From positions 248,001 through 312,000 of IMG/VR virus record IMGVR_UViG_3300024999_000029: DNA of 64,000 nucleotides; one strand, 5' to 3'. Position numbers and translations under genes: made by a program. Below, piece by piece: positions 1 through 10,160 of this stretch. Position 1 is the first letter of the stretch. Each line of letters starts with the position of its first letter. The notes under the pieces were generated by a model. That model saw only the letters and a program-made list of their open reading frames with translations, made no database searches and was not told the origin of the DNA.

Positions 1-1
1 G

Positions 2-673
2 TTCGAAGTTTCTAAATATCCAACACTTAATCAATATCCAGTTGAGCAAGAATTAATAGACGCTATAGATGTTTTTAAAAAGATGAAAGATATAGTGGGT
101 AATGAAGTTGAAATAATATTATTCTACGGGAATCATGATGCAAGATGGCGTAAATATATTGCAAATATGCACCAAAAAAAATTATATAAATTCATTAATC
201 CAAATGTCCTTGAAATGTTAAAATCAGGATTTACACTTTATGACAATGGTGAAGAAAAACGTTATGAAGGTGTTGCAGATTTAAAAATAATAAACTCATG
301 GTATGTGAATATAAATTCAGAATTAATTATTTGTCATCCAAATAATTTTTCAAGAGGCGAATTAAAGAATGCCAAAACCGCAATAGACCACTTTATTAGT
401 AGTGGAGAGCATTTTAATGCATTGGCGGTAGCTCATAATCACCATCAATCTGAGTGTCCTAGATATTTAGGTAAATATGCGATTGAAACAGGTTGCATGT
501 GTCAAGAATTTGATTATTCAAATGGTAATACAGGTACTAGACCACAAGATTATGGGTATGCTCTATTTTCTTTTGATGGTAATAATAAAATAAATAAAAA
601 TGAAAGTAAAATATACACATTAGACGGAAATTCTGTTGCTGATGAAAAATCTCAAGTAAAAATAATATTTTAA
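2..673 (+). CDS. Calcineurin-like metallophosphoesterase, 5'-partial
   Basis: Frame is open from the window edge through the called ATG at 83; GNHD (FYGNHDARW) and HxH (AHNHH) metal-binding motifs. Confidence 0.75.
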   Translation, partial: FEVSKYPTLNQYPVEQELIDAIDVFKKMKDIVGNEVEIILFYGNHDARWRKYIANMHQKKLYKFINPNVLEMLKSGFTLYDNGEEKRYEGVADLKIINSWYVNINSELIICHPNNFSRGELKNAKTAIDHFISSGEHFNALAVAHNHHQSECPRYLGKYAIETGCMCQEFDYSNGNTGTRPQDYGYALFSFDGNNKINKNESKIYTLDGNSVADEKSQVKIIF

Positions 674-700
674 ATATAAAAGGTATAAAAGGAGATTATT

Positions 701-1057
701 GTGGAATTAATTGAAAAAACAAATGTTTATGATGATAAAGTAGTAAAAACTTATTATATTAATGGAGTTTTAATACCAGTAGAAGATTATGATGATGTTT
801 TGGAAGCTTGTGAAAATGAAGTAGATGAAGATTGTAACAGTTGTGATTGTTGTCAAGAATATCCTGAATACATCGAAGAGATGTTGGATGATTGTATTGA
901 AGCAATATCAGACTCCGAAGGCATTTGCGAAGATTGCTTTAAATCAATTTTACATAGTCTGTATATGGAAGGCTATAAAGAAGGCTCAATAGACACTAGA
1001 TTAGAATTAATTGGTCAACTTAGTGATGAAATAGAAGAAATTGAAGATGACGAATAA
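701..1057 (+). CDS. Acidic Cys-rich hypothetical phage protein
   Basis: GTG start behind AAGGAG; 118 aa, D/E-rich with CxxC-like clusters. Confidence 0.6.
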   Translation: MELIEKTNVYDDKVVKTYYINGVLIPVEDYDDVLEACENEVDEDCNSCDCCQEYPEYIEEMLDDCIEAISDSEGICEDCFKSILHSLYMEGYKEGSIDTRLELIGQLSDEIEEIEDDE

Positions 1058-1072
1058 TTTTTAAATATATCG

Positions 1073-1103
1073 TGCTCACCTGAATTTACAGGTGAGCATT
1101 TTT
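1073..1103 (+). terminator. Intrinsic terminator
   Basis: Perfect 10-bp stem TGCTCACCTG/CAGGTGAGCA, 6-nt loop, T run. Confidence 0.8.
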
Positions 1104-1157
1104 ATGTTTAAAAATTATTATCAAATGTAAAAATTTATAGAAAAGGGTGAATATCAG

Positions 1158-2105
1158 ATGCCTAAAGTTGGTAAAAAAACTAGACAGCCTAAGCAGGTGT
1201 CTGGTAATGGTTATTGTAGAAAATGTCAAAGCACACTATCATTGGAAAAATTTTATGAAGCAACTAATCCAATGCTTGATACAAATGGTCGTATTTCAAT
1301 ATGTCGTGAGTGTTGTAATTTATTATATAAAGAATATTTTTCAATTTATAATAATTTAGAAAGAGCATTAGATTTAACTTGTCGAGATTTAGATGTAAGA
1401 TTTGATAGTCGAATATTAATACAGGTACAATCACATATAGAAAAATTATTATCTAGTGGCAAAAAAGCGGAAGCTGTTTTTGGATATTATAAAAGTAAAT
1501 TGGGATCAACTGGTAAAAATAATGAAAAATTTGATTCTTTTAGATATAAAGATAGTAATAATTTAAATTATAATTTAGAAAAAAGATTAATTGGAGAAGA
1601 AAATAAAGAGGTTGATGAAGATTTAGTATTATTTTGGGGAAAAGGATTTAATATTGAAGATTATATTTTTTTAGAAATTGAATTATCAAATTGGCAAAAA
1701 ACTCACAAATGTGACAATCATGCGGAATTAATATTGTTGAAAGAAATATGTATGAAGCAATTAATAATTAGAAACAATCGAGCTGAAAATAAAGATGTGT
1801 CTAAAGATGTAAAGGAATTACAAGAATTGTTTAAAACTTGTTCAGTAGATCCAGCGAAAGCTAATGCTATTGGTAGCGGCCAGTCAGTTGATAGATTTGG
1901 TGTATGGGTAAAAGATATTGAAGCACTTAAACCTGCTGAATGGTGGAATAAACAAGAAAAATATAAAGATATGGATGGTTTTATGCCATATATTAACAAC
2001 TATATAGTAAGACCTATTAAAAATTTCTTCACTGGGGTAAAAGATTTCTTTATTGATGGTAAAGATTTATCATTTAAAGATGAGGATGTAAAACAAGATG
2101 AGTAG
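1158..2105 (+). CDS. Putative terminase small subunit
   Basis: Directly upstream of and overlapping terL; N-terminal CxxC...CxxC zinc finger; position typical of SPbeta-like phages. Confidence 0.6.
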   Translation: MPKVGKKTRQPKQVSGNGYCRKCQSTLSLEKFYEATNPMLDTNGRISICRECCNLLYKEYFSIYNNLERALDLTCRDLDVRFDSRILIQVQSHIEKLLSSGKKAEAVFGYYKSKLGSTGKNNEKFDSFRYKDSNNLNYNLEKRLIGEENKEVDEDLVLFWGKGFNIEDYIFLEIELSNWQKTHKCDNHAELILLKEICMKQLIIRNNRAENKDVSKDVKELQELFKTCSVDPAKANAIGSGQSVDRFGVWVKDIEALKPAEWWNKQEKYKDMDGFMPYINNYIVRPIKNFFTGVKDFFIDGKDLSFKDEDVKQDE

Positions 2106-3909
2106 TATAAATAATTATCAAGGTGATTTTTATAGACATGCCAGATCATTTAATCCATCAATTCAGCCAAAGTTAATGGTGAATAAAAATAAAAGTGAAG
2201 AATGGGAAGATAACTTAATAGATTGGATTACTTTTTATCGTAGGAATATTCATAGATTTATTGAACATTATTTTCAAATTAAACTGCATTTATATCAAAT
2301 TATATGGATATATTTTATGTCCATATGTGATAGCTTTGTAACTATAGCTTCAAGAGCAAGTGCTAAATCTTGGCTTATAGCTTTATTGGCTTGTGCTAGA
2401 GCTGTGCTCTGGCCTTATTCAGAAATTGTAATTGTAGCAAAAACAAAAAAACAAGCAGGTATTATATTTGGGAAAATAGATATGCTAATGAGTGATTATC
2501 CTAATTTAAGAAGAGAAATTAGTGAGTTTAAAAATTCTCAAAATGATAGATACTGTAAATTTTATAATTCTTCTAAGATTGTCGCAGTAATATGTGACGA
2601 TGGTGGAAGAGGTGAACGTTCATGTTTTACAATTGGGGAAGAATTTCGTTTAATGGATAAAATTAAATATGATGAAATTGTAAGACCTTTTGCCGTAGCT
2701 AGACAAACACCATATACAAAAAATCCTAAATATTCACATTTAATAGAAGAACCAAAAGAAATATTAATTACATCTGCATACTATAAAAGCCTTTGGTGGT
2801 ATGGAGAAATGGAAGAAAATATTAAACTTATGCTCAAAGGTGAAAAAGCGGGGGTAATATATTTTGATTTTCCAGTAGCTATAAAACATGGTATAAAAAC
2901 TAAAAAAGTTATAGCTAAAGATAAACAAAAAATGGGTAGTATTGAGTTTCAACAAGAATATGAAAACATTCCTTTTGGTGAAAATGGTGACGCATTTTTT
3001 AAACTAGAAATGCTTTCTAAAAATAGAAATATAAAAAAAGTTTTTTATCCATTAAATAAAGATATGTTTGATAAAAAACGAAATCCATATAATATAAAAC
3101 GTGTAGATGGTGAAATTAGAATAGTTTCAGTTGATGCAAGTTCAAGAAAAGGCGAGGCAAATGATAATACAATCATTACATGTATCCGAGGATTACCTAC
3201 AGCTAAGGGATATGTAAGAGAATATGTTTATATGGAGTCTGAGCAAGGAGAACATACTGGCAAACAAGCATTGCGAATCAAACAAATTTATCATGATTTT
3301 GAAGCAGATTACATTGTACTTGACCTTCAAAATGTAGGAATTGCAATATTCGAGAGACTTGCGGTAGTTACTAAAGATGATGAGCGAGGTATCGAATATG
3401 ATGCTTTAACTGTTTATGAGCATAAATCTCTTGATAAAAAATTAATTAATGAATTAAAAGAAAAAACATTGGCTACGAAAGCAAAACCAGCAATATATCC
3501 TATTTTAGCATCGGCAAAATTAAATAGTGATATTGCGGTAAATTTTAGAGATTGTTTAAAAACAAAAATGATATCGATACCTGTTGATAATATTGATGGT
3601 GAAGAATTTTTATTAAAAACTAATAACGATTTTAAAGAAACAAATGACCTTGTTTTAAGAATGTGGTTTCTTGAACCTTATATGCAATTTTCGTTAATGG
3701 TTAATGAAACCATTAATTTAAGTTTTAGTGTTGTAAGTGGAAATATAAAATTAGAAGAACAAAGTGGAGAAATGAAAGACAGATATACTTCATGTTCATA
3801 TGGAAATTATTTTATTTCATTACTTGAACAAAAATTATTAAAAGTTGAAGATGATGAAGATTTATCTAAAATTCCACCATGTGTATCAAATTTAAATATT
3901 AAATTATAA
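2098..3909 (+). CDS. terL: Terminase large subunit
   Basis: Walker A-like SRASAKS, Walker B-like IGEEF, C-terminal RNase H-like nuclease (IRIVSVDAS, IVLDLQNVG, KDRYTS). Confidence 0.9.
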   Translation: MSSINNYQGDFYRHARSFNPSIQPKLMVNKNKSEEWEDNLIDWITFYRRNIHRFIEHYFQIKLHLYQIIWIYFMSICDSFVTIASRASAKSWLIALLACARAVLWPYSEIVIVAKTKKQAGIIFGKIDMLMSDYPNLRREISEFKNSQNDRYCKFYNSSKIVAVICDDGGRGERSCFTIGEEFRLMDKIKYDEIVRPFAVARQTPYTKNPKYSHLIEEPKEILITSAYYKSLWWYGEMEENIKLMLKGEKAGVIYFDFPVAIKHGIKTKKVIAKDKQKMGSIEFQQEYENIPFGENGDAFFKLEMLSKNRNIKKVFYPLNKDMFDKKRNPYNIKRVDGEIRIVSVDASSRKGEANDNTIITCIRGLPTAKGYVREYVYMESEQGEHTGKQALRIKQIYHDFEADYIVLDLQNVGIAIFERLAVVTKDDERGIEYDALTVYEHKSLDKKLINELKEKTLATKAKPAIYPILASAKLNSDIAVNFRDCLKTKMISIPVDNIDGEEFLLKTNNDFKETNDLVLRMWFLEPYMQFSLMVNETINLSFSVVSGNIKLEEQSGEMKDRYTSCSYGNYFISLLEQKLLKVEDDEDLSKIPPCVSNLNIKL

Positions 3910-3949
3910 ATTAAAAATATAAAATTCTTCACGAAAGGCAGGTGGCAAA

Positions 3950-5617
3950 ATGGCAAGACCAAAAGGTAGTACGAATAAGCCCAAACAAAATCAACAACTA
4001 AACTCGCAACAACAATTATCTTCAAACCCAACTATAGCATCTCAAGTAGATGATAATACATTTCTTTTAACATCACAAAAATATGAACAAAAAGCATTAG
4101 AAGAAGCTATGCTTAATTTTACAACAAAAAGTAATTTTAGGTCAACGTATTTTAATGAACAAAATACTAGTTTAAATATTAGTATTGATGATATAGATAA
4201 TTTAGCTTTAAATGCTCAAACAAATTTGAATAGTATAATGAAAATTAATAATATTGTTCGTTATTTTATAAATAAGAACGATGTTTTAGGTAAGACATAT
4301 GAGGCTTTAGAAACAAATGTAAATTCTCAATGGGAATTAATATTTCCTAAATTTAATGAAGATGAAAAAGAAATGTATAATGAAATAAAAATTATAATAG
4401 AAAATTTTAATAAATCCATTGATTTAGATAGACTTGTTGTAGAGTCTATACCTATGACTTTTATAGAAGCTAATTACATTTTTTATCTTAGAAAAGATAT
4501 TAAAAACAAATCTTATCAAATAGATTATTATCCATTGGGTGTAGCTGATATAGCTGATTATAATGAAGCTGGTGAACCATATATTCTTATTGATATATAT
4601 GAGTTAAAAAATAGATTACAAAAAATTTATAAGAAAGACAGAAAAAACAAACCGCTTTTTTATAAAGATATGGATGAAGAAGTACAAGCTACTTATCCTA
4701 AAGAAGTCTATAATGCATATATAAATAAAGAAAGATATGCTGTGTTGGATATAAAAAATACAGGTGTAATGAGAATTAATAATTTAAAACGAAAGTATGG
4801 TTTGTCACCTGTTTTTAAAGCACTTAAGCCTTCTATTAGACTTGAAAACATTGAATTATCTGATGATAAGAATACGTTAGTTCGTGGAAAAAAAATTATT
4901 TTTCAAAAGCTTAGAGAAGAATTAGTCACAAAAGCTAATGAAATGCCAAATATAACTTGGTCATCTGCGCAGGCTAAAGCACATTCTGATCTGATGGGTG
5001 CACTCTCTTCTAGTGGAGTAACTGTTTTTACAGCTCCTCCATGGACAGAAGAAATTTCTTATATTGAAAGTAAGTTAGAACCTACTAACGCACAAATAAA
5101 AAATCAATATCGTGATCAAATTATGCAAGGATTGGGTATATCTTATTTGAGTGCTACTAAGGGGAGCTATGGTTCTGCGGAAATATCAATTAAAGAGTTA
5201 ATGAAACTTATAAATCGCATAAGCGAACAGTTAGAAAAAATTCTCCATAAATTTTATATGGGATTGCTTCATGATTTGGGTTATGACGTTAAATTTGCAC
5301 CAAAGATTAAAGTTATTGATTCAGAACAACTTGAAATGGAAATAAAATTACAATTAGTTGAAGTTTTATTTAATAAACTTTCGTGTTCATATGAGAGTGC
5401 ATATAAATTTATGGGATTAAATGCAGAAGATGAATTTATGCGTAGAAAGCAAGAAAAAGAAGATGGATATGAAGAAGTTTTTGCCCCTCATTTGACTAGT
5501 TACACATCAAATGGAGATTCTAATGATGATGAAAACAAAGGTGGAACTCCTATTGAAAATAAAAATTTGGATAGGAAAGAATATGATGAAAACTATAATG
5601 AAGATAATAATAGGTAA
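3950..5617 (+). CDS. Portal protein
   Basis: 555 aa directly after terL; YGLSPVFKAL motif, acidic tail, synteny. Confidence 0.75.
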   Translation: MARPKGSTNKPKQNQQLNSQQQLSSNPTIASQVDDNTFLLTSQKYEQKALEEAMLNFTTKSNFRSTYFNEQNTSLNISIDDIDNLALNAQTNLNSIMKINNIVRYFINKNDVLGKTYEALETNVNSQWELIFPKFNEDEKEMYNEIKIIIENFNKSIDLDRLVVESIPMTFIEANYIFYLRKDIKNKSYQIDYYPLGVADIADYNEAGEPYILIDIYELKNRLQKIYKKDRKNKPLFYKDMDEEVQATYPKEVYNAYINKERYAVLDIKNTGVMRINNLKRKYGLSPVFKALKPSIRLENIELSDDKNTLVRGKKIIFQKLREELVTKANEMPNITWSSAQAKAHSDLMGALSSSGVTVFTAPPWTEEISYIESKLEPTNAQIKNQYRDQIMQGLGISYLSATKGSYGSAEISIKELMKLINRISEQLEKILHKFYMGLLHDLGYDVKFAPKIKVIDSEQLEMEIKLQLVEVLFNKLSCSYESAYKFMGLNAEDEFMRRKQEKEDGYEEVFAPHLTSYTSNGDSNDDENKGGTPIENKNLDRKEYDENYNEDNNR

Positions 5618-5644
5618 TTAATATTTATTTTAGAGGTGTTTAAT

Positions 5645-5815
5645 TTGAATAATATATTTTATTGTTACTCTAAACCACTAAAAGATTTTTTGATTGAAAA
5701 TAAGTTTAGATATTTTTCTAGTGCATTACACAATGAAACAAAGAAGAAATTCTGGATGTTTAATAAAACAGAAGAATTAAATAAATATTTAACTATATGG
5801 GTAAGCGTCAATTAG
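5645..5815 (+). CDS. Small DUF5659-like phage protein; last four codons replaced by IS66 sequence
   Basis: TTG start behind GAGGTG; FYCYSKPLKDFL...H.ETKKKFWMF...W pattern. Original end RDRK* is at 8281-8295; current end VSVN* is read from the IS left end. Confidence 0.7.
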   Translation: MNNIFYCYSKPLKDFLIENKFRYFSSALHNETKKKFWMFNKTEELNKYLTIWVSVN

Positions 5816-5884
5816 AGCACACCTACTAATAAGTTTTTTGAAGTGAGATAATTACTCCATGAAAAATCAAGGAGGAAATTATTC

Positions 5885-6205
5885 ATGACTAAAGCAGAAC
5901 AGCAAAAACAATGGGACGTTAGAGTAAGTGAATTTAAGGCTAGTGGTCAAAGCCAAGCTGCATGGTGCAAAGCCCAAAATATTAATCTTCGCACATTCAA
6001 TTACTGGTTTGTAAAATCTAAAAAAACTGTTTCGCCATCAAGAAAACCATCAAATTGGATATCCTTAAAAGCCCGTGAACGAGAAGAGAATCCGAGGGAT
6101 TCTGTCTTTAAAGTAAAAATAGGCCAGGCAGCTATTGAGGTAAAGCCTAATTTTGATTCTGTGCTTCTTTTAAACATTGTGAAAGTTCTTAGTACTTTAT
6201 GCTAA
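5885..6205 (+). CDS. tnpA: IS66 accessory protein TnpA
   Basis: W...V..FKASGQSQAAWCK HTH pattern; first IS66 ORF. Confidence 0.9.
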   Translation: MTKAEQQKQWDVRVSEFKASGQSQAAWCKAQNINLRTFNYWFVKSKKTVSPSRKPSNWISLKAREREENPRDSVFKVKIGQAAIEVKPNFDSVLLLNIVKVLSTLC

Positions 6206-6555
6206 ACAAGATTTCCGTAGAGCAGGTATATTTAGCCTGCGGAAGCACTGATATGAGGAAATCAATTGACGGATTAGCAGCTATAGTGCAGGAGGGATTT
6301 TTCTTAGATCCTTTTTCATCTTGTCTATTTGTGTTCTGCAATAAATACCGGAACAAACTGAAAATTCTTAAATGGGAACATAACGGCTTCTGGTTATATT
6401 ATCGAAGGCTTGAAAAAGGAGTTTTTCAATGGCCTAAAGAGAACACTGTATCCACTATGCCAATTAACATTAGGGAGTTAAATTGGCTATTGGATGGATT
6501 GTCATTAGACCAACATCTTGCACACAAAAAAGTATCAGCAAATGCAGTAATATGA
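6199..6555 (+). CDS. tnpB: IS66 accessory protein TnpB
   Basis: VYLACGSTDMRKSIDGL...LFVFCNK...KILKWE.NGFWLYYRRLE.G.F.WP signature. Confidence 0.95.
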   Translation: MLNKISVEQVYLACGSTDMRKSIDGLAAIVQEGFFLDPFSSCLFVFCNKYRNKLKILKWEHNGFWLYYRRLEKGVFQWPKENTVSTMPINIRELNWLLDGLSLDQHLAHKKVSANAVI

Positions 6556-6634
6556 ATACTTTCAAGAAGAAAAAACTTCTAGAAATATCACGAATTTTGT
6601 AGTCAAAATACGTGAGAAATGATATAATAAACGC

Positions 6635-8218
6635 ATGGAAAACACAGTAAATTCAACAGTTACAATAGAAAAGCTACAAGAAGAAAATGAAATTCTTCAT
6701 CAGAAAAATTCACTTCTTCAACAAGAAAAAGCGGAACTAGCAGCCAAGCTAAATTGGTTTGAAGAACAGTTCCGTTTGAATCAACATTGGCGATTCGCAG
6801 CTTCTAGTGAAAAGACAGACCCTGAACAAATTTCACTTTTTAATGAGTCTGAGGTTGAAGCAAAGCCTGATGCGCCTGAACCTACTGTTGAAGAAATCAC
6901 ATATAAACGTCGTAAAAGCAAGGGCCACAGAGAAGAAATGCTTAAAGACCTTCCTATAGAGGTTATAGAGTACCGTCTTTTAGAAGATGAAAAAGTCTGC
7001 GATTGTTGCAGCGGCGAACTTCATGAAATGAGTATTGAGATAAGAAAAGAACTTAAAATTACGCCTGCACAAGTAAGCGTTGTAGAACATAGAAAATGTG
7101 TATATGCCTGCCGTAAATGTGAACAGAATGAAATAAAAACGCCTATCAAAACCGCATCAATGCCAAGGCCTGCAATACCAGGAAGTATAGCATCATCATC
7201 GGCAATAGCCCATATAATGACGGAAAAGTTTGTTAAAGGATTGCCACTTTACCGCCAAGAACAGGACTGGAAGCGTATGGGCGTGGAGATATCCCGCCAA
7301 ACAATGTCTAATTGGATGATCCAGAGTTCTGATAGGTGGCTACGACTAATTTATGAAAGAATGCATGAGCATCTTATGAAAAGGGACATCTTGCATGCCG
7401 ATGAAACCACATTGCAGGTACTGAATGAAGCTGGAAGGCCAGCTGATTCGACCTCATACATGTGGTTGTACCGAACTGGGCGAGAAGGATCTCCTATTGT
7501 ACTTTATGATTATCAAACAACTCGGGCAGGCAAGCATCCCAAAAAATTTCTCGAAGGTTTTAAAGGTTACTTGAATACAGATGGATATTCAGGCTATAAT
7601 GACATGTCTGGAATTATCAACGTTGGCTGTTGGGCTCATGCTCGACGCGGGTTTACTGATGCTTTAAAAGCAATGCCACCTAAAAAGGATGATAAACCCA
7701 CTGCCACCGAAGAAGGATTAGCATTTTGTAACAAGCTATTTGAAATAGAAAGAGGCTTGCATGATGTAACAGTAGAAGAAAGATATGAAGGCCGCCTAAA
7801 TAAAAGTCGTCCAATATTAGAAAAATTCAAGGAATGGCTTAAATATCAGCGCCCGAGAGTTACTCCGAAAAGTGCATTGGGTAAGGCAATTCAATACTGT
7901 CTAAACCAGTGGGATAAACTGGGGTCATTTATGTTGGATGGAAGGCTAGAAATTGATAACAATCGTAGTGAAAGGTCGATTAAACCTTTTGTAATCGGCA
8001 GAAAAAACTGGATATTCTCAAATAGTTCGAAAGGAGCTACTTCTAGTGCTACAATTTATAGCGTTGTTGAAACTGCTAAAGAAAACGGGTTGAATCCATT
8101 TATATACTTGATGTATCTTTTAGAAAGACTGCCCAATATGGACATCAAGGATAAAGATGCCTTGGATAAGCTTATGCCATGGTCGGATAGTTTACCTTCT
8201 GCTTGTAGAGTTAAATAA
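6635..8218 (+). CDS. tnpC: IS66 DDE transposase TnpC
   Basis: Leucine zipper, zinc finger, LHADETT, DGYSGY, CWAHARR and IDNNRSERSIKP motifs. Confidence 0.95.
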   Translation: MENTVNSTVTIEKLQEENEILHQKNSLLQQEKAELAAKLNWFEEQFRLNQHWRFAASSEKTDPEQISLFNESEVEAKPDAPEPTVEEITYKRRKSKGHREEMLKDLPIEVIEYRLLEDEKVCDCCSGELHEMSIEIRKELKITPAQVSVVEHRKCVYACRKCEQNEIKTPIKTASMPRPAIPGSIASSSAIAHIMTEKFVKGLPLYRQEQDWKRMGVEISRQTMSNWMIQSSDRWLRLIYERMHEHLMKRDILHADETTLQVLNEAGRPADSTSYMWLYRTGREGSPIVLYDYQTTRAGKHPKKFLEGFKGYLNTDGYSGYNDMSGIINVGCWAHARRGFTDALKAMPPKKDDKPTATEEGLAFCNKLFEIERGLHDVTVEERYEGRLNKSRPILEKFKEWLKYQRPRVTPKSALGKAIQYCLNQWDKLGSFMLDGRLEIDNNRSERSIKPFVIGRKNWIFSNSSKGATSSATIYSVVETAKENGLNPFIYLMYLLERLPNMDIKDKDALDKLMPWSDSLPSACRVK

Positions 8219-8337
8219 TAACAAAATTATATCCCTATCCTTATTTCAAGGTGGGGATTATTTTACGCTTACCTATATGGAGAGATAGAAAATGATTCTA
8301 TCTCTTTTAATTTGAGAATTTAATTGGAGGTTATTAT

Positions 8338-9654
8338 ATGGGATTGATTAGTGAAACTGTGATGGTTAAGTGGTATGGTACAAATAAAAAATATTACATA
8401 AACAAAGGATATCCATTTACCAAAATGGGTGATGAATTTGAAGTTAACGTTGAAGATTTGAGTAATTCGTTTGGTGGTAGCTTTAATGTTAAATGTGATA
8501 ATTGTAATAAGGAATTGCATATACCATGGATAAATTATAAAAAATGTGTAAAAGAAGATAAAAAATATTATTGTAAAGGTTGCGCAAGTAAATTATATGG
8601 TATTCCAAAAAGAATAAAAAAACAATTAAAAAATAGCAAGTCCTTTTATCAGTGGTGTATAGAAAATAATAGACAAGATGTATTGGATAGATGGAATTAT
8701 AAATTAAATAATTGTAGTCCAATGAATGTGACGTATAGCTCTGGTAAAAAATATTGGCTTAATTGTCCTGTTGGAGTACATAATGCCGAAGAAAAGAAGA
8801 TAGATAATTTTATAAAGAATATAGAAGGTTGTATTGAATGTAAAGCTTGTAATTCATTTGCTCAATGGGGAATTGATAATTTAGGAGAGGATTTTCTTGA
8901 AAAGTATTGGTCTGATAAAAATAAAATAAGTCCTTGGGATATTAGTTATTCAGTTGATAAAAAAGTTTATATTATATGTCAAAAAAAAGAATATCATAAA
9001 GATTATTATATAGGATGCAATAAATTTATACAAGGAGCAAGATGTCATTATTGTAACAGTAAAGGTAGTAAAATTCATTATTTGGATTCACTTGGACAAT
9101 ATATAGTAGATAATTTCGGGGAAAATTTTTTAAATAAAATTTGGTCAAACAAAAATAAAAAATCTGCTTTTGAGTATTTATTTAAGAGTACCCAAAAAGT
9201 ATATTGGAAATGTCCAGATGAAAAACATGAAGACTATCTTAGAAGTATAAAAAATTCTAATAAATATAATTTTAGATGTTCAGAGTGTAATAATTATTCT
9301 AAAGGGGAAGAAAAAATTAGTCAATATTTTATAAATAATAATATAAATTACACACCTCAAAAAACTTTTGATGGATTAATTGGACTAGGTGGGGGTAATT
9401 TATCTTATGATTTTTATTTATTAAATTACAATCTTCTTGTAGAATATGACGGAGAATACCATTATATTCCAATTAGAAATTATAAAAATGAACCAATAGA
9501 ATACGCAGAAGAAAGATTAAGAAAACAACAGGAACATGATAGGCTTAAAGACGAATATGCTAAGAACAATAATATAAAATTATTGAGAATTCTATACTGG
9601 GATTTCGACGATATTGAAGAGATTCTTGAAAGAGAATTAAATAAAGCGAGTTGA
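8338..9654 (+). CDS. Free-standing zinc-ribbon / EDxHD (Vsr-like) putative homing endonuclease
   Basis: Repeated W.C...H...CxxC modules; C-terminal YDFYL...LVEYDGEYH and D..KDEY...NIKLLRI.YW nuclease motifs. Confidence 0.8.
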   Translation: MGLISETVMVKWYGTNKKYYINKGYPFTKMGDEFEVNVEDLSNSFGGSFNVKCDNCNKELHIPWINYKKCVKEDKKYYCKGCASKLYGIPKRIKKQLKNSKSFYQWCIENNRQDVLDRWNYKLNNCSPMNVTYSSGKKYWLNCPVGVHNAEEKKIDNFIKNIEGCIECKACNSFAQWGIDNLGEDFLEKYWSDKNKISPWDISYSVDKKVYIICQKKEYHKDYYIGCNKFIQGARCHYCNSKGSKIHYLDSLGQYIVDNFGENFLNKIWSNKNKKSAFEYLFKSTQKVYWKCPDEKHEDYLRSIKNSNKYNFRCSECNNYSKGEEKISQYFINNNINYTPQKTFDGLIGLGGGNLSYDFYLLNYNLLVEYDGEYHYIPIRNYKNEPIEYAEERLRKQQEHDRLKDEYAKNNNIKLLRILYWDFDDIEEILERELNKAS

Positions 9655-9658
9655 TCAT

Positions 9659-9826
9659 ATGAAACAATTAAAAGTAGAAATTAAATGTATTAATTGTGGT
9701 GAAAATTTAAACATAACCATTGAAAATAATAAAATAATATCTATTGAATTAAATGATGTTTTACATACTTCTGAAGAAGAAGAAATTAAAAATATATTAG
9801 AAGGACGTGGAATAGAATTTGGATGA
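9659..9826 (+). CDS. Small CxxC protein (55 aa, below the ORF track cutoff)
   Basis: MKQLKVEIKCINCGENL...; fills the gap between neighbours and overlaps the next start. Confidence 0.55.
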   Translation: MKQLKVEIKCINCGENLNITIENNKIISIELNDVLHTSEEEEIKNILEGRGIEFG

Positions 9827-10130
9827 AAATGAGTATGTTTACTTTATTGCTAATGGCACAGAAATAAAAATTGGATATACAAAAAATAATATTAAAAAAA
9901 GATTAAAACAACTATCTACAGGTTCTTCTAAAAAATTGTATTTATTAGGTTATATTCATGGTGACAAAAATAAAGAAAAACAATTACACAATCAATTTAG
10001 AAGAATTAATTTAGAATGGTTTAATGCTACAGATGAATTATTGGGATTTATAAACACAAATAATAAAATGAATGTTTATATTGATTGGCTGAATGGTAGG
10101 CTAATGGTCTATAACAAAATGATAGCATAA
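9819..10130 (+). CDS. GIY-YIG superfamily (T5orf172-like) protein
   Basis: YVYFI...IKIGYT...KRLKQLSTG...EK.LH..F....EWF. Confidence 0.8.
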   Translation: MDENEYVYFIANGTEIKIGYTKNNIKKRLKQLSTGSSKKLYLLGYIHGDKNKEKQLHNQFRRINLEWFNATDELLGFINTNNKMNVYIDWLNGRLMVYNKMIA

Positions 10131-10160
10131 CTTTGAAAAGCGAAAGGGGGTGAAACATGA

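Larger units (their letters stand above)
5801..8272 (+). mobile_element. Complete IS66-family insertion sequence (2472 bp)
   Basis: Ends GTAAGCGT/ACGCTTAC within ~24-bp imperfect inverted repeats; 8-bp target duplication CTATATGG at 5793-5800 and 8273-8280; tnpA-tnpB-tnpC inside. Confidence 0.97.
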
